A stretch of 64,000 nucleotides of DNA from Clostridiales bacterium (GTDB lineage Bacteria; Bacillota; Clostridia; Christensenellales; UBA1242), in NCBI GenBank assembly GCA_015055535.1, contig SVIA01000004.1, positions 1,421 to 65,420 on the forward strand, in the 5' to 3' direction. Positions 10,334 to 20,578 of this stretch are shown here, piece after piece. Under the pieces are notes generated by a model, which saw only the letters and a program-made list of their open reading frames with translations, did no database searches and had not been told where the DNA came from. Made by a program: the position numbers and the translations under genes. Each line of letters begins with the position of its first letter. Within the stretch, counting starts at the first letter, position 1.

Positions 10334-13300
10334 ATGGAAAATTTTGTTCACTTACATGTTCATACAGAATATAGCATGCTAGATGGTGCTGCTAAAATAA
10401 AAGATATAACCAAAAAAGCTTTAAAATATAATATGCCAGGTATAGCAATGACAGACCATGGTAGTATGTATGGTGCGTATAAATTTAGCGAAGAAATTAA
10501 ATCTATAAATGCTAAAATTGATAAAGAAAATAAAGATAAACCCGAAAATGAAAAGAAACCTCATTTTAAGGGTATTTTTGGTTGTGAGTTTTATGTTGAT
10601 GATAATATTTACATAAAACAAGGTAAACCAAATTTAGCCCACTTAATTCTCCTTGCTAAAAATGAAAAAGGCTTTACAAATTTATGTCAGCTTAATTCTA
10701 TTGCATTTGTAGATGGATTTTATTATAAACCAAGAATAGATTATGAAATACTTTCTAAACATACCGAAGGGTTAATTTGTTTAAGCGCTTGTATTGCTGG
10801 TGATATTCCAAGCTTACTTTTAGCAAACCGTTATGATGAAGCAAGAGATTTAGCAATGAATCTAAAAGAAATGTTTAAAGATGATTTCTATATAGAATTA
10901 CAAAATCATTATTTGCCTGAGCAGGTTGAGGTATTACCAAAGCTTGATAAATTAGCAAAAGAATTAAACATAAAAACAGTTGCAACTAATGATGTTCACT
11001 ATACAAATAAAGAAGACGCTGAAATGCAAGATGTAATGATGTGTATTTCAATGAAAAAACTTTTAGATGACCCAAATAGAATGAAATTTGGGACTGACGA
11101 ATTTTACTTTAAAAGTTATGAGGAGATGAAAGAAGTATTGCCTTACTACGTAGAGGCAATTGAAAGAACGATAGAAATTTTAGATAAGTGTGAAGAGTTT
11201 TATATGCACAAAAAACCACTTATTCCAAATTTTACACCGCCAGACAATAAAACTCCAGTTGAATATTTGAAAGAAATTGTTGAAAAGGGATTAAAAGAAA
11301 GATATTCAGAAATTACTCCAGAAATAAGACAAAGAGTTGATTATGAATTAAGTATTATAATTCAAATGAACTTTGTTGAATACTTTTTAATCGTTTGGGA
11401 TTTTGTGCATTATAGTGAAAATCAGGGCTTATTTATGGGCGCAGGCCGAGGTAGTGGAGCAGGTAGTATTGTGGCCTATTGTATGGGTATTACTAAAATT
11501 GACCCTATTAAATATGCTCTTCTTTTTGAAAGATTTATTAACCCAGAAAGGGTTTCTATGCCAGACTTTGATATTGACTTTCAAGATGATAGAAGAAAAG
11601 AAATTATAGATTATGTTACAGAAAAATATTCAGAACCTAAGGTTTGTGGTATATTAGCAGTTTCTACTATGGCTTCTAAAGCAGTTATTAAAGACGTAGC
11701 AAGAGTTTTAAATTTTCCTTACGCTAGAGTTAATGAAATAACTAAAAATATAGATTTTAAACCTATTCAAACAAAAAATAAGTTGGGTTTTGTTTTTGGT
11801 CTTAATAAAGAAGAGGATATTAAAGATCTAAATTTGAGTCCAGAAGCAGAAAAAATGTATAGGGAAGACTTAAAATATGCTAATCCAGAACTTGTTGAAT
11901 TATATAATACCGATCCAGTTGTAAAAAAACTTATCGATTTAGCGGTGAAACTTGAAAATATGCCAAGAGGTTGTTCTCAACATGCGGCAGGGGTTGTTAT
12001 TTGTAAAGAAGTAATTTCAGATAATATTCCACTTCAACGAAATGGTGAAAATATTACAACTCAATTTGAAGCAGTTACTATTGAAGCTCTAGGATTTTTA
12101 AAAATGGACTTTTTAGGACTTCAAACTTTAACAGATATTCAAAAAACACTAGAGTATATTGAAAAAGATTTTGGAATAAAACTTGATCCGTATAAATTTG
12201 ATTTCGAAGATCAAAATGTTTATGGTATGATTTCAAACGGCGATACCGATGCTGTATTCCAACTAGAAAGCCCAGGCATGAAAAAGTTTATGATAGATTT
12301 AAAACCAGATAGGTTTGAAGATATAATTGCCGGCGTTTCATTATACAGACCAGGACCAATGGATTTTATTCCAGACTATATTAAAAACAAGAAAAATCCA
12401 AGTAATATAGATTTTAAAGATGAAACGTTAAAGCCAATATTAGAGCCTACTTACGGTGTTATTGTTTATCAAGAACAAGTTATGCAAATTGTACAAGCAA
12501 TGGCAGGTTATACGCTAGGGCGTGCTGATATGGTTAGAAGAATGATGAGTAAGAAGAAACATGAAGAAATGGCAAAAGAACGTAAAATTTTCTTACATGG
12601 TCAGTATGATGATAATGGCAACTGTATTGTAGAAGGAGCTATTAAAAGAGGACATGATGAAGAAGTTTCTAACGAAATTTATTCTAGAATGGAAACTTTT
12701 GCTAGTTATGCTTTTAACAAATCGCATGCTGCTGCTTATGCAGTACTATCTATTATTACAGCACATTTAAAACATTATTATTTTATTCAATACTTTTTAG
12801 CGGTTTTAAATAATAGAATTAGTAAACCTGATGATTTGAAAAAATATATGATGTATTTAAAAAGTAAAAATATAAAAATTTTACTTCCAGATATTAATAA
12901 AAGTGAAGTGTATTTTTCACACGAAGGTAATGACGTTCGTTATGGCTTGGTTGCACTAAAAAACGTTGGTTTAAATATAATAGAAAATATTATTAGTGAA
13001 AGACAAAATTTTGGTAATTTTACGGATATTCAAGATTTTATAAAAAGAACATATAAATATGGTTTAAACAAAAGGGTGTTAGAAAGTTTAATTTTATCAG
13101 GTGCATTCGATAGTTTTAATGCAAGTAGAAATCAAATGATGCACGTATATGAAAATCTTTTAGATCAAACTGCAGTTGTGAGTAAAAAAGAAGCTACTGG
13201 GCAATTTTCACTTTTCGATACACTTTTAAAAGATGATGAAACACTAAATAAAGTTGTTTATCCAAATGTAGAAGAGTTTAATGAACAAACAAAATTAAAA

Positions 13301-13999
13301 TATGAAAAAGATATTTTAGGCGTTTATGTTTCAGGTCATCCTTTAGAAAAATACATTAATGTATTTAACAATTATACTTTTAATTCTAGTTATATTTCTC
13401 AATCTGGCGATGAAAGTGAAGATGAAATAACTTTAACAGAAGAAAATGAATCTTTAAAAGAAAACAATATTGAAGATGGCCAATCGGTTACTTTTGGCGG
13501 AATAATTTCAGCTGTCAAAAAAACACATACTAAAAAAGACAATAAAGAGTGGGCAATATTAACAATAGAAGATTTGTATGGAAGCATAGATGTTATGGCT
13601 TTTCCAAAAGTTTATACAAAATTTAAGAATAATTTTGAAATAGATAAAATAGTTGAAATTTCAGGAAAAATCAATTTAAGAGATGAACAAAATCCTGTAA
13701 TATTACTTGAAAATATGAAATCTCTTGATTCTGAAGAACAAGAAAATTCAGTTAATGTAGAAAAAAAGACGGAAGAAATAAAGAAACAAAAACTATATTT
13801 AAGGTTTGATTGTACTAATGAAAAATTAAAAAAAGAAGTTTTATCTATTTTAGATAATTACATTGGAGAAACTAAAGTTATAATAAGATGTAGCAAAACA
13901 AAAAATTTATATGAAATTCCAACAACAATTAAACCTAGTAATGCTTTAATTTATGAACTTTATAGTTCTATTGGAGCAGATAATGTTGTGTTAAAATAA
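10334..13999 (+). CDS. dnaE: DNA polymerase III alpha subunit (DnaE type)
   Basis: N-terminal PHP FVHLHVHTEYSMLDGA, PDFDIDF catalytic motif, 1221 aa. Confidence 0.95.
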   Translation: MENFVHLHVHTEYSMLDGAAKIKDITKKALKYNMPGIAMTDHGSMYGAYKFSEEIKSINAKIDKENKDKPENEKKPHFKGIFGCEFYVDDNIYIKQGKPNLAHLILLAKNEKGFTNLCQLNSIAFVDGFYYKPRIDYEILSKHTEGLICLSACIAGDIPSLLLANRYDEARDLAMNLKEMFKDDFYIELQNHYLPEQVEVLPKLDKLAKELNIKTVATNDVHYTNKEDAEMQDVMMCISMKKLLDDPNRMKFGTDEFYFKSYEEMKEVLPYYVEAIERTIEILDKCEEFYMHKKPLIPNFTPPDNKTPVEYLKEIVEKGLKERYSEITPEIRQRVDYELSIIIQMNFVEYFLIVWDFVHYSENQGLFMGAGRGSGAGSIVAYCMGITKIDPIKYALLFERFINPERVSMPDFDIDFQDDRRKEIIDYVTEKYSEPKVCGILAVSTMASKAVIKDVARVLNFPYARVNEITKNIDFKPIQTKNKLGFVFGLNKEEDIKDLNLSPEAEKMYREDLKYANPELVELYNTDPVVKKLIDLAVKLENMPRGCSQHAAGVVICKEVISDNIPLQRNGENITTQFEAVTIEALGFLKMDFLGLQTLTDIQKTLEYIEKDFGIKLDPYKFDFEDQNVYGMISNGDTDAVFQLESPGMKKFMIDLKPDRFEDIIAGVSLYRPGPMDFIPDYIKNKKNPSNIDFKDETLKPILEPTYGVIVYQEQVMQIVQAMAGYTLGRADMVRRMMSKKKHEEMAKERKIFLHGQYDDNGNCIVEGAIKRGHDEEVSNEIYSRMETFASYAFNKSHAAAYAVLSIITAHLKHYYFIQYFLAVLNNRISKPDDLKKYMMYLKSKNIKILLPDINKSEVYFSHEGNDVRYGLVALKNVGLNIIENIISERQNFGNFTDIQDFIKRTYKYGLNKRVLESLILSGAFDSFNASRNQMMHVYENLLDQTAVVSKKEATGQFSLFDTLLKDDETLNKVVYPNVEEFNEQTKLKYEKDILGVYVSGHPLEKYINVFNNYTFNSSYISQSGDESEDEITLTEENESLKENNIEDGQSVTFGGIISAVKKTHTKKDNKEWAILTIEDLYGSIDVMAFPKVYTKFKNNFEIDKIVEISGKINLRDEQNPVILLENMKSLDSEEQENSVNVEKKTEEIKKQKLYLRFDCTNEKLKKEVLSILDNYIGETKVIIRCSKTKNLYEIPTTIKPSNALIYELYSSIGADNVVLK

Positions 14000-14008
14000 G
14001 GAGATGTT

Positions 14009-14965
14009 ATGAAAAATGTTGCAATTTTAACTAGCGGCGGCGATAGTCAAGGTATGAATGCCTATATTTCAAAACTTGTTGGTTTATTAGTTAAAAACAA
14101 AATTAATGTTTACGGAATAAAACGAGGTTTTCAGGGCCTTTTAGATGAAGATTTTATAAAACTTAATTTAAAAAATGTAGAAAACATTTCATTTTTAGGT
14201 GGCAGCGTATTAAAAACAGCAAGATGTACCGAGTTCTATGAAGATAAGGGAGTAGAAAAAGGTTTTAATATTTTAAAAAACCATAAAATTGATTGTTTAG
14301 TAGTTTTAGGTGGTAATGGTAGTTTTAAAGGGGCGCTTAACTTAATAGATAAAGGAATGAATGTTATTTGCATTCCAGGTACGATTGATAATGACTTATT
14401 TTATTCTGACATAAGTCTTGGGTTTGATACTGCTGTCAATAATGCAGTGGATACTATTGAAAAAATAAAACAAACAATGCTTTCTAATAATCGTGGAATT
14501 ATAGTAGAGGTTATGGGTAGAAATTGTGGCAATATTGCATTAAACACAGCACTTAGTGTAAATGCGAATGCTTTAATTATTAATGAAGATAAAAAAAGTA
14601 TTAAAAATGCTGAAAATTATGTAAAAAATGCAATTTTAAATGGAGTAGAAAGTCCGTTAATAGTTCTTCAAGAAAATATTATGGACGGACAAAAACTTGC
14701 TGATAAATTTCAAAAGAAGTTTAAAAAACAATTTAAATTTGAACATATTGGCTATATACAACGCGGTGGAGAGCCAACAGTTAAAGATAAAATTTTTGCT
14801 AATTTACTAGCTATTCAAACAATGAATTCAATTTTAAAAGGAGAATTTAATATAGCTATTGGTATGCAAAAAGAAAGCATTTTTAACATTCCATTAAAAG
14901 AAGCTTTAACAAAAGAAAGTAATTTTAATAAAAATTTATATGAATTATATTTGAGTAATTTATAA
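14009..14965 (+). CDS. pfkA: ATP-dependent 6-phosphofructokinase
   Basis: ILTSGGDSQGMNA, GGNGSF, PGTIDND, MGR motifs. Confidence 0.95.
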   Translation: MKNVAILTSGGDSQGMNAYISKLVGLLVKNKINVYGIKRGFQGLLDEDFIKLNLKNVENISFLGGSVLKTARCTEFYEDKGVEKGFNILKNHKIDCLVVLGGNGSFKGALNLIDKGMNVICIPGTIDNDLFYSDISLGFDTAVNNAVDTIEKIKQTMLSNNRGIIVEVMGRNCGNIALNTALSVNANALIINEDKKSIKNAENYVKNAILNGVESPLIVLQENIMDGQKLADKFQKKFKKQFKFEHIGYIQRGGEPTVKDKIFANLLAIQTMNSILKGEFNIAIGMQKESIFNIPLKEALTKESNFNKNLYELYLSNL

Positions 14966-14992
14966 AAAAAGCAACGTATTGTTGCTTTTTTA
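14964..14992. terminator. bidirectional terminator between pfkA and the DUF378-like gene
   Basis: gcaacg-tatt-gttgc hairpin flanked by A- and T-runs. Confidence 0.65.
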
Positions 14993-15009
14993 ATTTTTTT
15001 ACATTTTTA

Positions 15010-15417
15010 CTAATTATTAGTGTTTTGAATATTTGGATTTTGACTACTTGAAGTTATATTGCTCTCGTTTTGAAAATTTTGATTTGTGTATATAGTTGCG
15101 TTTGGAGGAGTATTTGTATAGATATTGTTATCATTAATTAGTTGAGTATTTGCATTGTAATTTTCAGGTAATTGTTGCTGCATTTTTAGTACTTTATCTT
15201 GATTTATATTTTTTTTAATTGTTAAGCGTCCCTTATAACGTATAACTGCATAAGTTAAAAATACAGAAGCAACACCAAAGACTATATAAATAAATCTACT
15301 AAAAATACTACTTTGTGTTCCAAACAGACCTGCTATAAAATCAAATTGAAAAAATCCAATACATAGCCAATTTAAATTTCCTATAATTGTAATAAAAAAA
15401 GCAAAAAAAGCTAACAT
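15010..15417 (-). CDS. DUF378-like small membrane protein with N/Q-rich C-terminal tail
   Basis: GNLNWLCIGFFQFDFIAGLFG two-TM signature. AAAGGAG SD before the ATG at 15417. Low-complexity N/Q/T tail. Confidence 0.7.
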   Translation of the reverse strand: MLAFFAFFITIIGNLNWLCIGFFQFDFIAGLFGTQSSIFSRFIYIVFGVASVFLTYAVIRYKGRLTIKKNINQDKVLKMQQQLPENYNANTQLINDNNIYTNTPPNATIYTNQNFQNESNITSSSQNPNIQNTNN

Positions 15418-15463
15418 AATTATCTCCTTTTGCTTTATTTTGTGTAAAAATAAAATATTAATA

Positions 15464-15721
15464 CTAATCTTCATAATGTTCAATCATTAAATAATCAAAT
15501 GTTATAAAATCAATAAAATCATCTTTACTAAATCTTGTCATATTATATTCTTCAAATTGATTTTGATGTTTAGAAAGTAGTATTGGCGTTTCAATTTTTA
15601 AATTATAACACAGTTCTTTTAAATACTCGTAAAATTCATCATAACTAAAATTATTTAAATTTAATGTATAATCGTTAACTATTTTTTTATCTTTTAAAAT
15701 TTTTCCCCAAATGTAATTCAT
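15464..15721 (-). CDS. hypothetical protein, probably leaderless
   Basis: The ORF is coding-like from MNYIWGK. TTGTAA-17nt-TATAAT sits 6 nt upstream of this ATG with no SD. The upstream part of the track ORF looks non-coding. Confidence 0.45.
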   Translation of the reverse strand: MNYIWGKILKDKKIVNDYTLNLNNFSYDEFYEYLKELCYNLKIETPILLSKHQNQFEEYNMTRFSKDDFIDFITFDYLMIEHYED

Positions 15722-15857
15722 ATTTAAATTATAATAAAAAACAAACAAATTTACAAATATTTTTAATAAATATAAATAATTTGATAATAATTGAATAAAA
15801 TTATTTGACAAAAAAAAATAAAAAGTATATAATAACAAGGCTTATAAGGAGACGAGT

Positions 15858-16334
15858 ATGGAACAAATTACACATATAACTAAAGAAGGTTTAAAAAAAT
15901 TACAAGAAGAATTAGAATATTTAAAAACTGTAGAAAGATTAAATGTTTCTAAATTAATCGGTGAAGCTAAATCGTTTGGAGATTTAAGTGAAAATAGTGA
16001 ATATGATGCTGCTAAAACTAGAGAAGCAGAAGTAGAAAGCAGAATTTATGAACTAGAAAACTTAATTAAGAATGCTGTTATAATTAACTCTAAAAATCTA
16101 GATACTAGCAAAGTGTCTATTGGTTGTAATGTAGAAATTTATGACGAAATGTTTGATGAAACAGTTAAATATAAAATAATTGGCGCAACAGAAAGTGATC
16201 CACTAAATGGTTTAATTAGTAATGAAAGCCCAGTAGGAAAAGCATTACTTGACAGAAAAGTTAATGATGTTGTAGAGGTTTTAATGCCAAATGGAATGAA
16301 AAACCATTTAACAATTAAAAAAATATCAGCATAA
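15858..16334 (+). CDS. greA: transcription elongation factor GreA
   Basis: ITKEGLKKLQEELEYLK...GDLSENSEYDAAK signature, 158 aa. Confidence 0.95.
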   Translation: MEQITHITKEGLKKLQEELEYLKTVERLNVSKLIGEAKSFGDLSENSEYDAAKTREAEVESRIYELENLIKNAVIINSKNLDTSKVSIGCNVEIYDEMFDETVKYKIIGATESDPLNGLISNESPVGKALLDRKVNDVVEVLMPNGMKNHLTIKKISA

Positions 16335-16419
16335 TAAAAGTGAATTATTCACTTTTATTTTTTTTATCATTTATTTTAAATTATTTTCAGTTTTGTTATA
16401 TTTATGATAAAATATAATT

Positions 16420-17382
16420 ATGAGTAATATTAAATATTTTGCGAAAAGTAGAACATTAATAAAATATTTATCAGATATAAAAAAGAAAGGGTTAAAACAT
16501 GCTTATATTTTTTCATCTTCCGATGAATTAAAAAATCAAACAGCATGCATATTGTTAGCTCTTTTAATTAATTGTAAGCAAAATGAAATTTGCTTTAATT
16601 GTAAAAACTGTTTAAAAATTTTAAATAATAATTGCTTAGATATTTATACTTATCCTAAAAACAAATCTATTGTAGTAGAAGACATTAAAGAAATAATAGA
16701 CTCTTGTTATATAAAGCCTTGTGAACTAGAAAATAAAATTTATATTTTAAATAATTTTGATGAGGCGAATGTTGCAAGTCAAAACAAATTTTTAAAAACA
16801 CTAGAAGAACCACCAAACAATGTAATTTTTTTGTTAAATACAACAAATTTATCTAAGGTTTTAGATACTATAAAAAGTCGTGCTAGTGTTATTAATTTGC
16901 CTGAAATTTCTATTGAAGAAATTGGAGAGATTATAAGTTCTAGTGATATTGAACTTAATAAAATAATTCAAGAAAATTGTGATAACGAACTTGGAAACTA
17001 TTTAAAACTAAATGAAAAAAATTTGGCTAAAACATTTGATTTTTGCTTAGACCTATTAAAAAATTTAAATAGTTCTAGTCAAATTCTAAATTTTTCTAGT
17101 TTAATTTTAAAAGATAAAGAAAATTTATATAATTATTTTTACATATTAACTTTAATTTTTAGAGATTTAATTGTTTGTAAAATAAATAAAAGTTTAGTAA
17201 AAAATCAATCTCATTTAAACGATTTTATTGAAATAAGTGAAAATTTTCATTATAAAGCATTATGTAACATATTAGACAAACTAATTGAAAGTAACAAAAA
17301 ATTAAGTTTTAATACAAACGAAAATTTGATAATTGATAATTTATTAATAAATATTTTGGAGGAAAAATACAAATGGAATTAG
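16420..17382 (+). CDS. holB: DNA polymerase III delta' subunit
   Basis: AAA+-like clamp-loader fold with Cys cluster (CxxCxxC), KTLEEPP motif. Synteny holB-yaaT as in Bacillus. Confidence 0.8.
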   Translation: MSNIKYFAKSRTLIKYLSDIKKKGLKHAYIFSSSDELKNQTACILLALLINCKQNEICFNCKNCLKILNNNCLDIYTYPKNKSIVVEDIKEIIDSCYIKPCELENKIYILNNFDEANVASQNKFLKTLEEPPNNVIFLLNTTNLSKVLDTIKSRASVINLPEISIEEIGEIISSSDIELNKIIQENCDNELGNYLKLNEKNLAKTFDFCLDLLKNLNSSSQILNFSSLILKDKENLYNYFYILTLIFRDLIVCKINKSLVKNQSHLNDFIEISENFHYKALCNILDKLIESNKKLSFNTNENLIIDNLLINILEEKYKWN

Positions 17383-18182
17383 AGGTAATTTCAGCAAAAT
17401 TTGACGATAATTGTAAAGCATATTATTTTGACCCTAAGGGGAATTTTTATAAACCTAAAGACAAAGTTGTTGTAAAAACTATAAACGGGTTAGATGTAGC
17501 TGAAGTGGTTAAGTCAAATTTTAAAATAAATAAAAATGATTTTAATGAAGAATTACAACCGGTTTTAAGAAAGGTTGGTTATAAAGATTTAGAAACAATA
17601 AAAAACCATGAAGAAAAATGTAAAGAAATTTTTGTTGAAGCAGAAAAGATTATAAAAAAATACAATTTAGAAATGAAACTTTTAAAAGTCAAATTTGCTT
17701 TTGAAGGCAATAAATTAATTTTTATTTATTCTGCTGAAAATAGAGTGGATTTTAGAGATTTATTAAAAGAATTTGCAAGCATTTTTAAAGCGAGAATAGA
17801 ATTAAAGCAAATTGGAATTAGAGATGAAGCAAAACTTCTTGGTGGACTAGGGCCATGTGGAAAAAATATTTGTTGTGCTAGTCATTTAAAAGATTTTGAA
17901 AAAGTATCTTTAAAATTTGCTAAAAATCAAGGTTTAGCATTAAATACAAGTAAACTTAGTGGCATGTGTGGAAGACTTATGTGTTGTTTAGCTTATGAAA
18001 ATGATATGTATGTAGATATTTTAAATAAAATGCCAAAAATTAATTCTAAAGTTAAAACTAAAGATGGTAAAGGTGTTGTTGTTTATAATAACATTTTAAA
18101 AGAAACTGTAACTGTTAAATTTGAAGAAGATGAAACAACTCAATTAATAGAATATAAAATAAGTGAAGTTGAAAAGATATGA
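17373..18182 (+). CDS. PSP1-domain protein (YaaT/RicT-like)
   Basis: PSP1 C-terminal region with GPCGKNICCASHL...GMCGRLMCCLAYE Cys motifs. Confidence 0.85.
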   Translation: MELEVISAKFDDNCKAYYFDPKGNFYKPKDKVVVKTINGLDVAEVVKSNFKINKNDFNEELQPVLRKVGYKDLETIKNHEEKCKEIFVEAEKIIKKYNLEMKLLKVKFAFEGNKLIFIYSAENRVDFRDLLKEFASIFKARIELKQIGIRDEAKLLGGLGPCGKNICCASHLKDFEKVSLKFAKNQGLALNTSKLSGMCGRLMCCLAYENDMYVDILNKMPKINSKVKTKDGKGVVVYNNILKETVTVKFEEDETTQLIEYKISEVEKI

Positions 18183-18895
18183 TTAGGTTAGATGACTTGC
18201 AAATAGATAATTTAAAAATCTATCAAGATGATACTTTATATAATTTTTCTACTGATGCAGTGCTTTTAGCTAATTTTGTAAATTTTTCTTCTAAAAGTAT
18301 TGTTGTTGATTTTTGTAGCGGAAATGGTGTTGTTGGAATTTTAGCTTCAAGTAAAAATTTTTATAAAAAAATTTATTTAATTGAAATTCAAGAGAATTTA
18401 GCAAAACTAGCTCAAAAAAGTGTTGAATATAACAAATTAGAAAATATTGAAGTCATTAATGATGATTTATTAAATATAAATAATTACATTAAAAATGAAA
18501 GTGTAGATGTTGTTATGGTAAATCCGCCATATAGAAAACAAGATAATCATTTTATAAGCGAAAATGAGCATTTCAACATATGCAATTATGAAATAAAAAT
18601 AAACTTAGAACAAATTATAAATAAAAGCAATAAACTTTTAAAATTTGGTGGAAAACTTTTTATGGTTAATGATATAAATAGACTTGAAGAAACAATTATT
18701 TTATTAAATAAAAATAATTTTAAAGTTAAAACTTTGCAAATTGTTCAGCCAAATATTAATAAAAATGCGAATGTTTTTTTATTACAAGCAACAAAAGGGG
18801 CAAAAAGTGGAATAAAAGTTTTGCCAACACAATTTTTAAATGATGAAAATGGAAATTATATTGTAAAAGTAAAAAAGGGTAAAAATGAACGGTAA
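18179..18895 (+). CDS. SAM-dependent N6-adenine methyltransferase (YabB/TrmN6-like)
   Basis: DFCSGNGVVG SAM motif and NPPY. ATGA overlap with the upstream gene. Confidence 0.7.
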   Translation: MIRLDDLQIDNLKIYQDDTLYNFSTDAVLLANFVNFSSKSIVVDFCSGNGVVGILASSKNFYKKIYLIEIQENLAKLAQKSVEYNKLENIEVINDDLLNINNYIKNESVDVVMVNPPYRKQDNHFISENEHFNICNYEIKINLEQIINKSNKLLKFGGKLFMVNDINRLEETIILLNKNNFKVKTLQIVQPNINKNANVFLLQATKGAKSGIKVLPTQFLNDENGNYIVKVKKGKNER

Positions 18896-19694
18896 ATTTT
18901 ATTTTGTTGGAACACCTATTGGAAATTTAAAAGATTTTTCACAAAATCAAAAAGAAACTCTAGAAAGCGTAGATGTTATTTTGTGTGAAGATACAAGAAC
19001 TAGTAGGGTTTTGTTAAATCATTATAATATTAATAAAGAACTTTTAAGTTATCATAAATTTAATTATAAAACAATGAACCCAAAGGTTATAGAAATTTTA
19101 AAATCTAATAAAAATGTTGCATTAATTAGTGATGCAGGTATGCCGGTTATATCTGATCCAGGAGCAGAAATAATACAAGAATTAATTAAAAATGGAATAG
19201 AATATACTGTTATTGGCGGTGTAAGTGCATTTGTTAATGCTTTTATTTTAAGCGGCTTTACTTATCCATTTACATTTTTAGGATTTTTGCCAGAAAAAAA
19301 TAAAGAGATTAAAAATTTTTTAATGGAATATATAAATTTAAATTCAACGTTAATTTTTTATAGTTCTGTGCATAATTTAAATAATGATATACAAACTTTA
19401 TATAAATTTTTGGGAGACAGAAAAATTTGCGTAGCTAGAGAATTAACTAAACATTTTGAAGAAGTTAAATTTTCAACGTTAAAAGAAGGAATTAATATTA
19501 CAAATAAAGGTGAGTTTGTTATTGTAATAGATAAACCTATAAAAAATGAAGATGAAGATAATAAAACGTTAGACGAAAAACTTGAATATTATCTTTCACT
19601 TGGTTATAGTAAAAATGATAGTATTAAACAAATTGCAAAAGATAAAAAAATGAGCAAAAGTGAAGTTTATAACTATTTTGTTAAAAAGGATTAA
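18885..19694 (+). CDS. rsmI: 16S rRNA (cytidine1402-2'-O)-methyltransferase
   Basis: YFVGTPIGNLKD, CEDTR, SDAGMPVISDPG tetrapyrrole-methylase-fold motifs. Confidence 0.9.
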   Translation: MNGKFYFVGTPIGNLKDFSQNQKETLESVDVILCEDTRTSRVLLNHYNINKELLSYHKFNYKTMNPKVIEILKSNKNVALISDAGMPVISDPGAEIIQELIKNGIEYTVIGGVSAFVNAFILSGFTYPFTFLGFLPEKNKEIKNFLMEYINLNSTLIFYSSVHNLNNDIQTLYKFLGDRKICVARELTKHFEEVKFSTLKEGINITNKGEFVIVIDKPIKNEDEDNKTLDEKLEYYLSLGYSKNDSIKQIAKDKKMSKSEVYNYFVKKD

Positions 19695-19696
19695 TA

Positions 19697-20545
19697 ATGG
19701 GTATTTTTGATTTTTTAAAAAAGAAAGATAAAAAAACAAAAGAAAAAAAGAAAAATAAAAAAAGAGTAAAACTTGGACTTGCGTTGGGTGGTGGTGGAGC
19801 ACGTGGCTTTGCTCATCTTGGAGCACTTCTTGCGTTTGAGGAACACGGAATAGAGTTTGATTATATTGCTGGAACTAGTGTTGGTAGTTTAGTTGGTGCA
19901 CTCTATAGTAGTGGTTTAAGTGTTCAAGAAATTATTAATAAAGCTAAAAAATTAACTAAAAAAGATATTAAAACTAATAAAATTGTTTTTATGCCAAGTT
20001 CGACAGAGGGGATACAAACAATTATTAAAAGTATGTTAGGAGATATTAATTTTGAAGATTTAAAAAAGCCTTTTTGTGCTGTTGCTGTAGATATTAAAAG
20101 TGGAAAAGAAATTAATATAACACAAGGTAATCTTTCAAAAGCAATAGCTGGTAGTTGTGCTGTTCCAGGAGTATTTAATTTTGTAGAATTTGATGATTAT
20201 AGACTTATGGATGGTGGTCTTCAAAATACTATTCCTAGTGATGTAGTAAAATCTATGGGGGCAGATTTTGTTATAGCTGTAGATTGTAACCCAAATAGAG
20301 GATACGGAACTGAAAGTAAAAAGGTCTTAGATATTTTAACTGCTAGTATTCGAATACTAATGAAAAGTAATGCAATTAAAGGAAAAATGTTTGCAGATAT
20401 TATTATTGAGCCTAATACCAAAAGATTTAAATCTACAAAATTAAAAGGGGCGGAAGAAATGATTGAAGAGGGTTATCAAGCCGCCTTAAAAGAAATAGAA
20501 AATATTAAAAAAATTTCAAATACAAAAATAAAAAGAAAAAAATAA
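19697..20545 (+). CDS. patatin-like phospholipase
   Basis: GGGGARG oxyanion motif, GTSVGS nucleophile elbow, DGG. Confidence 0.85.
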   Translation: MGIFDFLKKKDKKTKEKKKNKKRVKLGLALGGGGARGFAHLGALLAFEEHGIEFDYIAGTSVGSLVGALYSSGLSVQEIINKAKKLTKKDIKTNKIVFMPSSTEGIQTIIKSMLGDINFEDLKKPFCAVAVDIKSGKEINITQGNLSKAIAGSCAVPGVFNFVEFDDYRLMDGGLQNTIPSDVVKSMGADFVIAVDCNPNRGYGTESKKVLDILTASIRILMKSNAIKGKMFADIIIEPNTKRFKSTKLKGAEEMIEEGYQAALKEIENIKKISNTKIKRKK

Positions 20546-20578
20546 CAAAAATAAGGAAAAAATCATAAAACAAAAGAT

